A DNA stretch of 64,000 nucleotides from Alphaproteobacteria bacterium. GTDB taxonomy: Bacteria > Pseudomonadota > Alphaproteobacteria > Micavibrionales > UBA2020. This document shows, piece after piece, positions 1-9,813 of this stretch. Every line of letters begins with the position of its first letter. Position 1 is the first letter of the stretch. Where the stretch lies: contig JAIXUW010000292.1 in NCBI GenBank assembly GCA_027483355.1, positions 68,628-132,627 of the forward strand, read 5' to 3'. The notes under the pieces were generated by a model that saw nothing but the letters and a program-made list of their open reading frames with translations, had not been told where the DNA came from and did no database searches. Both the position numbers and the translations under genes were made by a program.

Positions 1-3000
1 TACCAGCTGAATACGTCTAGTCCATCGTATAGATTGTTGAACCCTTGGGCGGGACAATGGGGACCTTCGTAGTTCACGGCGGTGCCGTTGTAAAGCACGG
101 ATCCGAATCCAGATGAACATTGAGTGCACGTGTTCAGATTATAGTCCGTGTTGCTGACAAACATTCCCAGGAGCGGAGAGCATTTGTTGAAAACGGTGTA
201 CGCAATAAAGTCAAACGCGTCTTTGGTGTAGCATTGAGGGATAAAGAATCCGCATCCAAACGACCAGCCGTAAGTGACGACCATGTGAAGTGGGATCAAG
301 AAGGGAGCTATCGTGCTCAGGAACACTCCAGCCGCGATTGGGTTGACAAAGACAAACACAAATAGGAATATGGTGAATACCACAGTCAGAATCTGTATCC
401 ATCCTCCAGCCCAACTGAATGTTCGTTTAGAGCAGTCCAAGTCCGTGGCGTAGTTACACGAGTACTTGTCGTAGATCGACGACGCAATCTCGCGGTAGTT
501 TGTGGTAATAAAGTCAATGATCGTGTCCACAAACTGAAGAACGGGAATTTGCAAAACATTCTCGATGAAATTGAACGTTTCCCACAATACGTTGACGTCA
601 ACCAGACCCGCGGCTCTCTCTTGCAAATACGTGTTGAATTGCGTCATCAGAGTACCATTTTGCACGAGTTCAGTCGGAAGAGGCACGCCGACCGTTTCTT
701 GGAAGAACCAATCGAGTTTGGGTCCCCAATCAAAGGGAAATCCTACGGCCTCACGAGGCGTGAATCTAAACCATTCGGCGGTACTCAGACCTCGAGCCGG
801 GAATCGAACTGGGTAGTTACCGTATCCAATGCGGACAGTCGTCGCCAAGTTGAACGTGTAGAGCAGAAAGTCCACACATGACAAGAAGGCTGCGGGGAAC
901 CACACCGTATAATATCCAATAGTCCAGAGGACTTGAGACACGATTTTTCCAACGACGTAATCGACGACAATACACTGCTCACAGAGTGTGGCGTCTCCGA
1001 GCTGACAGCCGAGAACGGATCGAGCAAAATCAATGCTTTCATTACGCGACTCTGGGAAGAAAAACTGGCTGCCGATAGACACGGATTCGGCCGTCGCCAT
1101 TCTGTTCTGTTTGCTGCCCAAATACGAATTGCCTACTTTGTTCTGCAAGACTCGAATTTCCACAACGTTGTGCGCGCGCACGGGCTTCAAATGCTTGGGC
1201 ATGGCTCTCATTTGCGCGATAAAACCTGGTTCTGTGCGGATTGCAGAAGCGGACGCGATTAGCGCGTATTGGCGACCGTCGGACAAACGAGACAGTTCGC
1301 CAGTCAACTCGGCCCGCTCGATTGCGGTCAGATTTCTCACTCCCTGAGCTGACATCATGATCTTTTGTTCAATGTCAGGACGCCTATCAATCAAAAGTGC
1401 CTCTCGATGTGTTTTGATTTGCACAATGGGAACTCGGTCGTCTCTCATGGTCGCCTTTTTGCCCGTCGCCTGTTCGTACAATTTGCGTCTAAACGTAATC
1501 GAATTCAACGTAATCGTGCGCTGATCCATCCAGATGTTCTCGTTTTGTAACGCGGTCTCGGCGGCAAGCGGCGTTTTCGTCTGGAAAAGCGACATGTAGA
1601 CTTCACGATCGGCCATCATTCGGGATTCTTCCAAAAAGAACTGAGTGGCTGCTCGAGTCACTGCAGCCGTTACCGTGTTGGATTGGCGGAATAGAGAACC
1701 CGTCTGCCTGGGATCCGTCGTGTTGTACGTTGACAATGGGACGCTAGAGGCAGCGTTTGCAGTTGTCTCCTCCACAACGTAATTGGCGTAGGACATGGCG
1801 TGATCTTGCAAACTAATTGTCGCATTGCCCTCCGAATAATCCTTGTACGTAGGCGTGCTCTGGAATTTCCGCTTCCATTCTCTGTACGCTTCTTGCTCTT
1901 CGTAAAACGTTTTGAACCGATTCTGCGACTGCTGAGCTGCTTTGGGGTCATAAATCACAGTTTCGGTCGTCTCAGTATTCGCAAAGCTCTGCTTGACATC
2001 TGAATTCAATTGATCCCAGTTTCTTTTCACAGACTGAAGCAAACGAGGAATGTTCTCATTATCCAAATGATGCTGGATTCGAGTCGTAAACTCAGTGCTG
2101 TAGGTCACAAACGCAGAAGCCAAAGAATACGTGAGCTGGCGTGCACCGCGAGCTTCGGGAGTTCGGGGCTGGCTCAATTCGGTCAGAACAGACGCAGTTT
2201 CGTTGGCCAAAAACTGGAAATCCTCCGTGATATTGTAGGACGGGTCCAGGAACTTGGTGGACAGAGTCCAGTCGTACTTGACGGAGCAGTTGGCGATATT
2301 GGCCGTCGCGTTACTCAATGAACACCAATAGGGGATGTAGGACGTGTTCAAGCGCGAAAGAGACGCGAACGCGCTTACAGATGCCACGACAAGTCTATGG
2401 AGTCTAGGTTGCTTTTCCAAATGGACCGGCGGCGTAGTCGTTGCCGGGTACTCGTCGGCGTCCATAGATCTCTTTTTCGTATTATAGTAATGCTGGGCCC
2501 ATTGTTCGTTGGCGGCACCGTTTGCAATCATGAATTCGTCGACGCGAGACGCGGCCGATTCCCAAATCGAATCGATGACCTGGCTGAATGTCAAACGAGG
2601 TCCTCTTTCAACACTGGCGTCTACAAGCACGCGTTTTTGTCCAGGAGTGCTTTCAGTTTCCTCCACTGAACGCTTTTTGCGTTTCTTGTTCTCAATTTCC
2701 CACGGATCCCTGTCCATGTAGTTTGAACTGTCTAGCACGTCGTGGAAATCCAGCCCATCTTCAGTAATCGTCCATGTCGAGATGATATCTTGAATGAATT
2801 TAGTGACTCCAGTCAACATCTGACCAAGAACGACGTAGAGATTGGCGTTGACTCGTGATTCGTCGTAGCTTGACACGTACTGGTCACCGTACTGTTTGTA
2901 GACCTCGGCTCTAACATTGCTTTCGTTATTCCAAACGTAGATGGAAGTGGAGCTGTAGTAAGAACCGTCGTCGAGAGACATATTTGTGACAGGATCCATG

Positions 3001-6000
3001 CCTTGAGCGATTCGCAACAATGCCGGGTCCGTGGAAAGATACAATGTGTTGTTGTACTGAATATCGGCGACAGTGTAGATGAAATTCGTGGTGCTCAAAT
3101 AAGATCGGTACAGGACGTCGGCGTAGGTCTGAATTCCGCCCGTGGTGTCTCCGAATCTCGATTTGCCGTAATCAGGATCGAAAAACTCGGGGACATTTCG
3201 TTTGAGATACCAGTCAATCGTCAAAGATTGTCTGTAGTGCTCAAAAAGAACATATGTGAGCTCGGATAGCCCGGGCCCAGGGTACAATTGCCGCATTTCG
3301 TTCTCGTAGTGAGACACATTAAGTCCCATGGCTTTCCATCTCATTTTCCATTCAGTGGACATGACTCGGTCTCGCGTCATGATCTTGTCAAATACAAATT
3401 GAGCGCCAATGACCGTAAATCGCGCAACGTGCGCAAATACATCAAATATACGAATGGGGTTGTACTTTATGTCCTTGGGGAGCCAGGACAAGAATGGAGA
3501 AGAGCTGGCCAGAGACACGGACACGGCAACGGATTGCAGACATTCCGTGTACACGTATACATCTGCGGCACGAAGCTCGCTGTACTTGGTTCCGTTTATG
3601 AAGCGGAAAAACTCGTGGCATGGAGTTCCAGGAGTCCATCCAACGTAGGTGGCGTAATGGGTGGGCAGATCTTCGGCAGTCGGGTTGCGATAGACTCTGA
3701 TAATCTCCGAGGTGCCGTTTGAATAAGTGACATTGAGTTCGAACATGAATCCGAATGCTTTTTGCATAGGCTCGGTCATGTTGACATACGCGTAAAAATC
3801 AGAAGTGCCTCTCTTCTTGTAATTCGTGCCCTCGTCTGCGTTGGCAAGATTGCCCGTTTGGCCTTTCAAAAAGTCGACAATGCGTCGGCAGCCTTTGCAA
3901 GGTTCGCATGAAGAGCAAATGCAGAGTAAACCGCAGACGGCTTCGATAATGGAAGTGATCCATCCCAAAAACAGACCAACGATGGAGAAGAAGATTTGCT
4001 CAAATGTGACACCCACGATTTGGAAGAATTTTTGAATGATCGTAGTAAACGTTCCCGTCGTGAAACCGCCAAAGATGCCTTGAATGACATAGAAAAACAG
4101 TTCTATGATCGCCGTAACCGTATCCCTCAATATAGACCCGAGGCGAATCAAGAACGAGTTGATGAGGCACAAAAACTGCGAAGTGGCAGTGACGTCTGAC
4201 GACGTGATCGCGCTAAGCCAGCAATCGACGGCATGAGCAAACGGGCATAGGGGTGATAATATCTTGTCGATGAAAATAGCGTAAATGTTTGAGATCACAG
4301 AAATCAAAGGACCCTTGCCGTTTACGAATTCGAAATTAGAGCCGTATTGTAGGAAAATGGCGATCAATTCAGGTCCGACTGCCAAGTAATTACCAAGACG
4401 GCATGCAAACGTTGCCATGCATACATTGGGCGTCTGGCGCGTCGGCAAGCTTCTAAATTCTCGAACGGCGCAAAATCCAGGTCTCGTGGCATGGCATTGC
4501 AAATCAATGGGGATTAGATAGGCGATCGTGGTTCCTAGACGACATCCAAAGCGATACGCTGTCTGATTGAAACCCGAGATGTCGAGTGGAGTGACTGGGC
4601 CGAGTTGACCTTGCGAGGTCACGGACACGAACGCTTTGACCACGTTTTTAATGCTTCTCAAAAGCAAAAGGAATCCTCGGATGAATAGCTGCACTAGAGC
4701 CTCGAATGTGGCTCCTAATCCGCACACGAACGACAAGCGGGATCGACATGTGACTGCATCCGCATTGTCAAATCGGTAAATGAACGTGGCAATGTTGCTG
4801 ATTTGAAGGGCTTCGGTTTCAAGCGCGTTCAAGGGCGCGTTGGGAGTGTTGTCCAAAAGATCCAGAATGGATGGATTGTTTTGCTCGTAGGCCCAACGAG
4901 TGTAGGCAAGCAAGTAGATGGGCACTCGGATACCCAAATTCAGAAACACGTTGAGTGCGCTCTGCAAGAATCGACCGATTCCAGGGTCGAGTAATCCAAA
5001 CGTGCATCCGAACGACTTGGCAAATCGCGGAATCTGAGCACTAAATTCCTGCAGTCTGTCACCGTCTCGGACGAAATAGAGAGCCGAGAAATACCCAGGC
5101 CACTTGGTCAACTCTAACAAAGTATACATTTCACCAAACGCCAAGTCTAGAACGATGTAGACCGCGGCGACTAGAGCGCGGCCTAATCCGCCAATAATTG
5201 GTCCAAACTTGATGTTCTGATCTTCACCATAAAACTCGTTTCCTTCGACCACGCATGTTGGAGCAATGTCCAAAAGCCCTTCGGCGCTATCAAAAAAGTT
5301 GATCAAGTTGACACGCAACATGTTAAACGTCAAGAATGTGTTTCCGCCCAATGTGAACCACGAAGGTGCGTAGAATATTAGTCTTAAAGCTTCCCAGAAC
5401 AAGGAAGACGCGGAAGCAAAGAAGAATCCGACAGTCTCGGCATATCGGGACTTGAAAAAGTTGACCAGATATTGGATGTAGCTTTCTGGAGGCTGTGGGA
5501 TCGGAAGCGACCCATTCACATACCCTTTGATATTTCCCAAGTAAATGTCGAACTGGATCACGGTCACGTTTTGAATCCAGAATCCGGCATTTTGCAACGC
5601 GACAGTGGTTAAATCGTTGAATTTCTCAATCGAGGGCCCGGTCTGTTTCAACACAGGCATGAAAAACAGTTGCTGAACAGCTGTCCAAGGAAGGTAAAGA
5701 ATACTGGCCACAGTATTCCTGAGCGACTGTTGTCTGAGTGACTCGCCGATTCCGCCCACAACGTATTTGAGGTACTGACAAGACGGAAGAATCGATCCCG
5801 CGTACAATTCGTATGCAAACTCGAATACATAAGTGAGAGGTTCGTCTAGAGGATACTGAGTGTAGAGGGGATTGCTGTTGATCCAGAACACCAAGCCTAG
5901 AATTAGAGAGGCCACAAATTGCCCGAACAATTTGGCTAAAGTAATAAAATTGGTGACCACAAAGGTCAAAAGCACTCGCGCGGGCCCCCACATGAGAAGG

Positions 6001-6692
6001 TTGTACACTCTGTAGAGCAGCACCGCAATTCCGAGTGAAAGCGTGGGAATCATGACCACGACTATATTTGTGAGCGGCAGTGCCAAAAAGTCGACGGCCA
6101 GTGGTCGAATAGTACATTGCCACGCTTGCACGACTATCGGGACAGTGGTGTCAAATGTTTCTCGAAGTCCGTAAGCGGCGAATGAGAGGCCGCCAAGCAC
6201 AAGAATGGGGAGCGCAAGAGCGACACCGTTTGATCCTGCGCTTTTGACAGAATCCACAAACCCGGATACGAGCAGAACGCCAGTGCCGACCAAGGCACCG
6301 AACGCCGTGCTCAACGACGACACTTCCACTGCTTTGGCACGCTGGCTTTCCAAGTCAGATTCTTGAATTTGGCCTATTGAATCGGCCGTAGTGACTAATG
6401 TCAGGAACCCAGGTGCGTACTTGGCAATGCGAACGCGGCGGGCTTTTTCCTCGGGTGACAACGGCTTTGGTTTTCGCGCCACGAGTGCCCAGAATATACA
6501 GAACAATAGGGCGGTGATAATCATAAAACCTAGAATTTCAGCTCCAATGAGGAGAATGGCGACCGACAACTTGCGTCGGTCCAGAGCCGAGGAGCTTCCG
6601 GTAGCTTTGACCAATAAAGGTACAACAGCCGATGCTAGAGTCCAAGCTGCGCCCAGCGCACTAAAGGCAGGCGGGACAATAGCAGCGGCCAT
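1..6692 (-). CDS. Giant polytopic membrane protein; 5' end complete, 3' end beyond the window (at least 2230 aa)
   Basis: ATG at 6690-6692 (minus) in context GAAAAAAAA-ATG. In my manual translation the frame stays open all the way to position 1. It is missing from the ORF track only because no stop lies in the window, and none of the listed minus ORFs in 1-6700 shares its frame. N-terminus MAAAIVPPAFSALGAAW. It has many ~20-aa hydrophobic segments, numerous NxS/T sequons, the Cys cluster CGLLCICSSCEPCKGC and a KKRKKR|S site. Confidence 0.8.
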   Translation of the reverse strand, partial: MAAAIVPPAFSALGAAWTLASAVVPLLVKATGSSSALDRRKLSVAILLIGAEILGFMIITALLFCIFWALVARKPKPLSPEEKARRVRIAKYAPGFLTLVTTADSIGQIQESDLESQRAKAVEVSSLSTAFGALVGTGVLLVSGFVDSVKSAGSNGVALALPILVLGGLSFAAYGLRETFDTTVPIVVQAWQCTIRPLAVDFLALPLTNIVVVMIPTLSLGIAVLLYRVYNLLMWGPARVLLTFVVTNFITLAKLFGQFVASLILGLVFWINSNPLYTQYPLDEPLTYVFEFAYELYAGSILPSCQYLKYVVGGIGESLRQQSLRNTVASILYLPWTAVQQLFFMPVLKQTGPSIEKFNDLTTVALQNAGFWIQNVTVIQFDIYLGNIKGYVNGSLPIPQPPESYIQYLVNFFKSRYAETVGFFFASASSLFWEALRLIFYAPSWFTLGGNTFLTFNMLRVNLINFFDSAEGLLDIAPTCVVEGNEFYGEDQNIKFGPIIGGLGRALVAAVYIVLDLAFGEMYTLLELTKWPGYFSALYFVRDGDRLQEFSAQIPRFAKSFGCTFGLLDPGIGRFLQSALNVFLNLGIRVPIYLLAYTRWAYEQNNPSILDLLDNTPNAPLNALETEALQISNIATFIYRFDNADAVTCRSRLSFVCGLGATFEALVQLFIRGFLLLLRSIKNVVKAFVSVTSQGQLGPVTPLDISGFNQTAYRFGCRLGTTIAYLIPIDLQCHATRPGFCAVREFRSLPTRQTPNVCMATFACRLGNYLAVGPELIAIFLQYGSNFEFVNGKGPLISVISNIYAIFIDKILSPLCPFAHAVDCWLSAITSSDVTATSQFLCLINSFLIRLGSILRDTVTAIIELFFYVIQGIFGGFTTGTFTTIIQKFFQIVGVTFEQIFFSIVGLFLGWITSIIEAVCGLLCICSSCEPCKGCRRIVDFLKGQTGNLANADEGTNYKKRGTSDFYAYVNMTEPMQKAFGFMFELNVTYSNGTSEIIRVYRNPTAEDLPTHYATYVGWTPGTPCHEFFRFINGTKYSELRAADVYVYTECLQSVAVSVSLASSSPFLSWLPKDIKYNPIRIFDVFAHVARFTVIGAQFVFDKIMTRDRVMSTEWKMRWKAMGLNVSHYENEMRQLYPGPGLSELTYVLFEHYRQSLTIDWYLKRNVPEFFDPDYGKSRFGDTTGGIQTYADVLYRSYLSTTNFIYTVADIQYNNTLYLSTDPALLRIAQGMDPVTNMSLDDGSYYSSTSIYVWNNESNVRAEVYKQYGDQYVSSYDESRVNANLYVVLGQMLTGVTKFIQDIISTWTITEDGLDFHDVLDSSNYMDRDPWEIENKKRKKRSVEETESTPGQKRVLVDASVERGPRLTFSQVIDSIWESAASRVDEFMIANGAANEQWAQHYYNTKKRSMDADEYPATTTPPVHLEKQPRLHRLVVASVSAFASLSRLNTSYIPYWCSLSNATANIANCSVKYDWTLSTKFLDPSYNITEDFQFLANETASVLTELSQPRTPEARGARQLTYSLASAFVTYSTEFTTRIQHHLDNENIPRLLQSVKRNWDQLNSDVKQSFANTETTETVIYDPKAAQQSQNRFKTFYEEQEAYREWKRKFQSTPTYKDYSEGNATISLQDHAMSYANYVVEETTANAASSVPLSTYNTTDPRQTGSLFRQSNTVTAAVTRAATQFFLEESRMMADREVYMSLFQTKTPLAAETALQNENIWMDQRTITLNSITFRRKLYEQATGKKATMRDDRVPIVQIKTHREALLIDRRPDIEQKIMMSAQGVRNLTAIERAELTGELSRLSDGRQYALIASASAIRTEPGFIAQMRAMPKHLKPVRAHNVVEIRVLQNKVGNSYLGSKQNRMATAESVSIGSQFFFPESRNESIDFARSVLGCQLGDATLCEQCIVVDYVVGKIVSQVLWTIGYYTVWFPAAFLSCVDFLLYTFNLATTVRIGYGNYPVRFPARGLSTAEWFRFTPREAVGFPFDWGPKLDWFFQETVGVPLPTELVQNGTLMTQFNTYLQERAAGLVDVNVLWETFNFIENVLQIPVLQFVDTIIDFITTNYREIASSIYDKYSCNYATDLDCSKRTFSWAGGWIQILTVVFTIFLFVFVFVNPIAAGVFLSTIAPFLIPLHMVVTYGWSFGCGFFIPQCYTKDAFDFIAYTVFNKCSPLLGMFVSNTDYNLNTCTQCSSGFGSVLYNGTAVNYEGPHCPAQGFNNLYDGLDVFSW

Positions 6693-6712
6693 TTTTTTTC
6701 GTTCTTTCCTCT

Positions 6713-6721
6713 GTCTATATA
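6713..6721 (-). promoter_or_regulatory. TATA-like element TATATAGAC, about 20-30 nt upstream of the ATG at 6692
   Basis: The minus strand reads CATATATAGACAGAGGAAAGAACGAAAAAAAA-ATG. The same 9-mer recurs upstream of the gene starting at 27508. Confidence 0.4.
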
Positions 6722-6920
6722 TGCGTGTTTTACAGACAAAGGTTCATGTAATCAAATGTGCGCAAAAAATGCGACTCAATGGCAATTATTTCAAAATAAA
6801 TGGGCGAGCTTGAAGAAATCAAATTACCCAAGCAGTTATTTAAAATTTTGCGCTTGGACGGCTCCATGTAACCAGTACATGATTCACAGATTTACAATTC
6901 AAGCCGGTTGTTTTTGTGCA

Positions 6921-9731
6921 ATGTTAAAAGCGGCGTTAGTCGCTCTGATTGCTCTTGGAATCGCAACTGTCACCGCGGCCCCGCTTTCAAATGCCGCCGA
7001 GTCTGGCGTATCGCGCTACTGTGGCGCGGTTCTATACAATCGCTTTAACAATGTAAGCGACATTGTGAACTGCGATTTCATGTCCACGGCGTCGTGGCCC
7101 ACTCAAACAATCATAGTAAACAATGTACCGGTCGTGGCCTCGTTTCCCACAGGTAGATTGCGACTCTCTTTTTTCGGAACGTATCCCATGCCGCCATTTG
7201 CAACTGTGTTGCCTATTGGAGATGATAGAAACGATGTGGTTGCAAGTGATCCCGCCATCATGCAGGCCCCGGACTACTTGACGGATTTCAACGGTTTCAA
7301 TCTGAGAAATTATTGGTTCAATACGAGCATGGTTGGGCGTAAATTCCCCGACATGTTGACCTTTTCTATCCCGTGGTGCGCAGCCAATCTTGACTATGCA
7401 ACTCCATACAGTGGAAACGCGACAATTCAACAGCTATACCCGCCCGATTACCCTGTGTGGTCTAATCCGAGTGACACCACGCTCCCCGAGTGCCGCACGC
7501 CGTTGCTGTTCAACTATAGGCCGATCGGAGGCTCTACTGCCGCACAGCGATTTGATACACATTGCAACGGCACATTTTCTCAAACCTGTTTGCAATCGCC
7601 ACGCCTTAACTTTGGAACAGGGCGTCCTAGCGTGCCGAATGACCCTTTCTACTTGACTCGACCTGAATTGGCCGAACTGAACAATTATCCTAGTTACGCA
7701 CTCAACCCCAAAGTTTCAAGATGGGGTCGCAACTACTATGATGTACCTCCGGATTCAATCGGCAATTTCTGGGGCCGAGGAATCGCGCGCGACCAAGGCG
7801 ACGATATAGTCGGCACCTACACATGGATTCGCCCGCCGAATTGCACCATGGAGCTTTATACTAGCCAGAATAAGACACCGATTATCAATTTTGATTTTGA
7901 AGGGCTGTATGATCAACAGGACGGTGCGCCTGTTCTCATTGAGTGGGATTCCAACACACCTGCTGCCAACGCAAGTAGACCTTGGATGAACAGAGTCAGT
8001 TTTATGCCTGGCCTGTCATGTTTCGCATTGAACCCTAGACCGGCATCCGCCCTGCGGTTTTCGGAATCCAACGTGGCTTTAGTGACCGGCATCTGTCGTG
8101 CTACAGCGCCTTGGAACGCGACCAAATACTCGAGCAGTTTAGACCAATTCGCGTATTTGACATTGACCGGTGGCGTCACTCAACCGTCGTCAATCGCACC
8201 TAACACGGTCGCCGTTCAAATCGCAGTCTACAACCTTCCCTCAGATGGAATGTCCGTTTATACTACAGTCGACGCGGTTCAATACGCTCCCAACGGTACT
8301 ATGGACCCCATTGTGCTTAGAGTGAGCAATAATCTGTTTCTGCAAAACGGAAAGATCTCTCAGTTTACGGTTGATTACACTCAAATCGCAGGATCATTCC
8401 AGAACGTATGGGATCTTTTCCTGACCGTGTTTGCGCCTGACAACACTCCCATTTTGTCATTGAGACTTCCCGAAGATAATTCAATCCCTCCATGTGCTTG
8501 CAGACCAAGCGCGGATGTGTTGGACGGGAACGTGATTTGCGATACGGATTTCAAAGTGATTGAAGACACGATCATTACCAATCCTCTCTTCGTGCCAGGT
8601 CAAACCACAGTTAGACCTAACTGTACTATCGTATTGACTTCGGTTCAAGGCTCTTTCATACGAGGGAACTCGACGATAGAGCAGAATTCATTGTACCAAC
8701 TGAACTTGAATATCAACGGCAGTAGCGACAACGGGTATATTGTAGGCTGGAATGTCATGAATAATGGAGCATTGTCCGTGCAAATAGACACTCCGGAAGG
8801 TCAGACAGCTCAATTCAGAGCGTTTGGCGAGGGTCAGTTTACAATTCAAGCTGCGGTCACAGTGCCCGTTTCACTTTTAAAGGGAACGTGCTTTGTCGAC
8901 ATTCAAGTGTTTAGAACATGCGTGACTCCTGCTATAGCGGCTGGAACTACGGACGCGGATTTGAATCAACTGGTCACGCTCGACGCCACTGTAACATTGA
9001 TTCCTAGTGGCAATGTATACTATGATTACTCGTGGACAATTGACAATGCCGTTCCATTATCTTCATTGGGATCGGCGTCGATAACAAACGCGGCTGCGTC
9101 TGTAATTTGGTTTTCTGCGTCAAGCACGGCGCTCTACACTCTTAAGCTACAACTCGACACATACGACGTGACTTCTCTCTCTCTATTATGCGTTCAGTAC
9201 CGATATATCGACATTGCAGTGTCGAACAAGACGCTGCCGCCGATAGACCCGGGAGTCGCAGACACTGTTGTCATTCCCGATGTATGCTTTGAAAACATTG
9301 GCAATTTTACGAAGCCGATTCCACCAACGGGCGAATACATTAACGGGTTGCCGCCGACTGACCCAGTCAATTTCCAGCCCATCGGCAGCGTCAATTTTGC
9401 TCAAGACGATAGCTGGAAACTTACAAAGCTTGTGAGGAATTTGGCAAGAATGAACTTTTCAGAAGAAGACGAAGGAGTAAGAATGAAGAAGGCCGAGTCG
9501 GAGAACTTGGCCGTTCAAATCGCTTACACGGCCATCCGCGTTATTGTTGGAATCTTTGGCACTGCTCTAGGTATTCTAGTATCCGTATCGTTATACACAT
9601 TGTTGCCACTGTCGGCGCAAGAAAAACTCAGGACGTGTTGCTCGCGCAAGAGCTGCAAAAAATGCAAACGCTGCAAGCCGTGTTGCGGCAAGCCCTGTTG
9701 CGGCAAAAAGAAACACAGAAACCAAAAGTAG
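6921..9731 (+). CDS. Type I membrane glycoprotein, paralogue A (936 aa), with a PKD-like Ig domain and a Cys/Lys-rich cytoplasmic tail
   Basis: Internal ATG of track ORF 6756..9731 that starts a signal peptide (MLKAALVALIALGIATVTAAP). It has many NxS/T sequons and a C-terminal TM segment (IVGIFGTALGILVSVSLYTLL). Its Cys scaffold is shared with the 10869..13463 product. Confidence 0.85.
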   Translation: MLKAALVALIALGIATVTAAPLSNAAESGVSRYCGAVLYNRFNNVSDIVNCDFMSTASWPTQTIIVNNVPVVASFPTGRLRLSFFGTYPMPPFATVLPIGDDRNDVVASDPAIMQAPDYLTDFNGFNLRNYWFNTSMVGRKFPDMLTFSIPWCAANLDYATPYSGNATIQQLYPPDYPVWSNPSDTTLPECRTPLLFNYRPIGGSTAAQRFDTHCNGTFSQTCLQSPRLNFGTGRPSVPNDPFYLTRPELAELNNYPSYALNPKVSRWGRNYYDVPPDSIGNFWGRGIARDQGDDIVGTYTWIRPPNCTMELYTSQNKTPIINFDFEGLYDQQDGAPVLIEWDSNTPAANASRPWMNRVSFMPGLSCFALNPRPASALRFSESNVALVTGICRATAPWNATKYSSSLDQFAYLTLTGGVTQPSSIAPNTVAVQIAVYNLPSDGMSVYTTVDAVQYAPNGTMDPIVLRVSNNLFLQNGKISQFTVDYTQIAGSFQNVWDLFLTVFAPDNTPILSLRLPEDNSIPPCACRPSADVLDGNVICDTDFKVIEDTIITNPLFVPGQTTVRPNCTIVLTSVQGSFIRGNSTIEQNSLYQLNLNINGSSDNGYIVGWNVMNNGALSVQIDTPEGQTAQFRAFGEGQFTIQAAVTVPVSLLKGTCFVDIQVFRTCVTPAIAAGTTDADLNQLVTLDATVTLIPSGNVYYDYSWTIDNAVPLSSLGSASITNAAASVIWFSASSTALYTLKLQLDTYDVTSLSLLCVQYRYIDIAVSNKTLPPIDPGVADTVVIPDVCFENIGNFTKPIPPTGEYINGLPPTDPVNFQPIGSVNFAQDDSWKLTKLVRNLARMNFSEEDEGVRMKKAESENLAVQIAYTAIRVIVGIFGTALGILVSVSLYTLLPLSAQEKLRTCCSRKSCKKCKRCKPCCGKPCCGKKKHRNQK

Positions 9732-9813
9732 AATTTGGGCGTTTCTCCCCCAAAATAAGGTTTTTTATAATGTAAAATACACACACTCAATGAAAAAGAA
9801 AGAGAGTGAAAAA

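Noticed and set aside
5626-6123. 165-aa minus-strand ORF and the other 60-144-aa ORFs listed within 1-6800
   Set aside because: All lie in frames other than the unbroken frame of at least 2230 codons that starts at 6692, or antisense to it. They are best explained as chance ORFs inside a giant gene.
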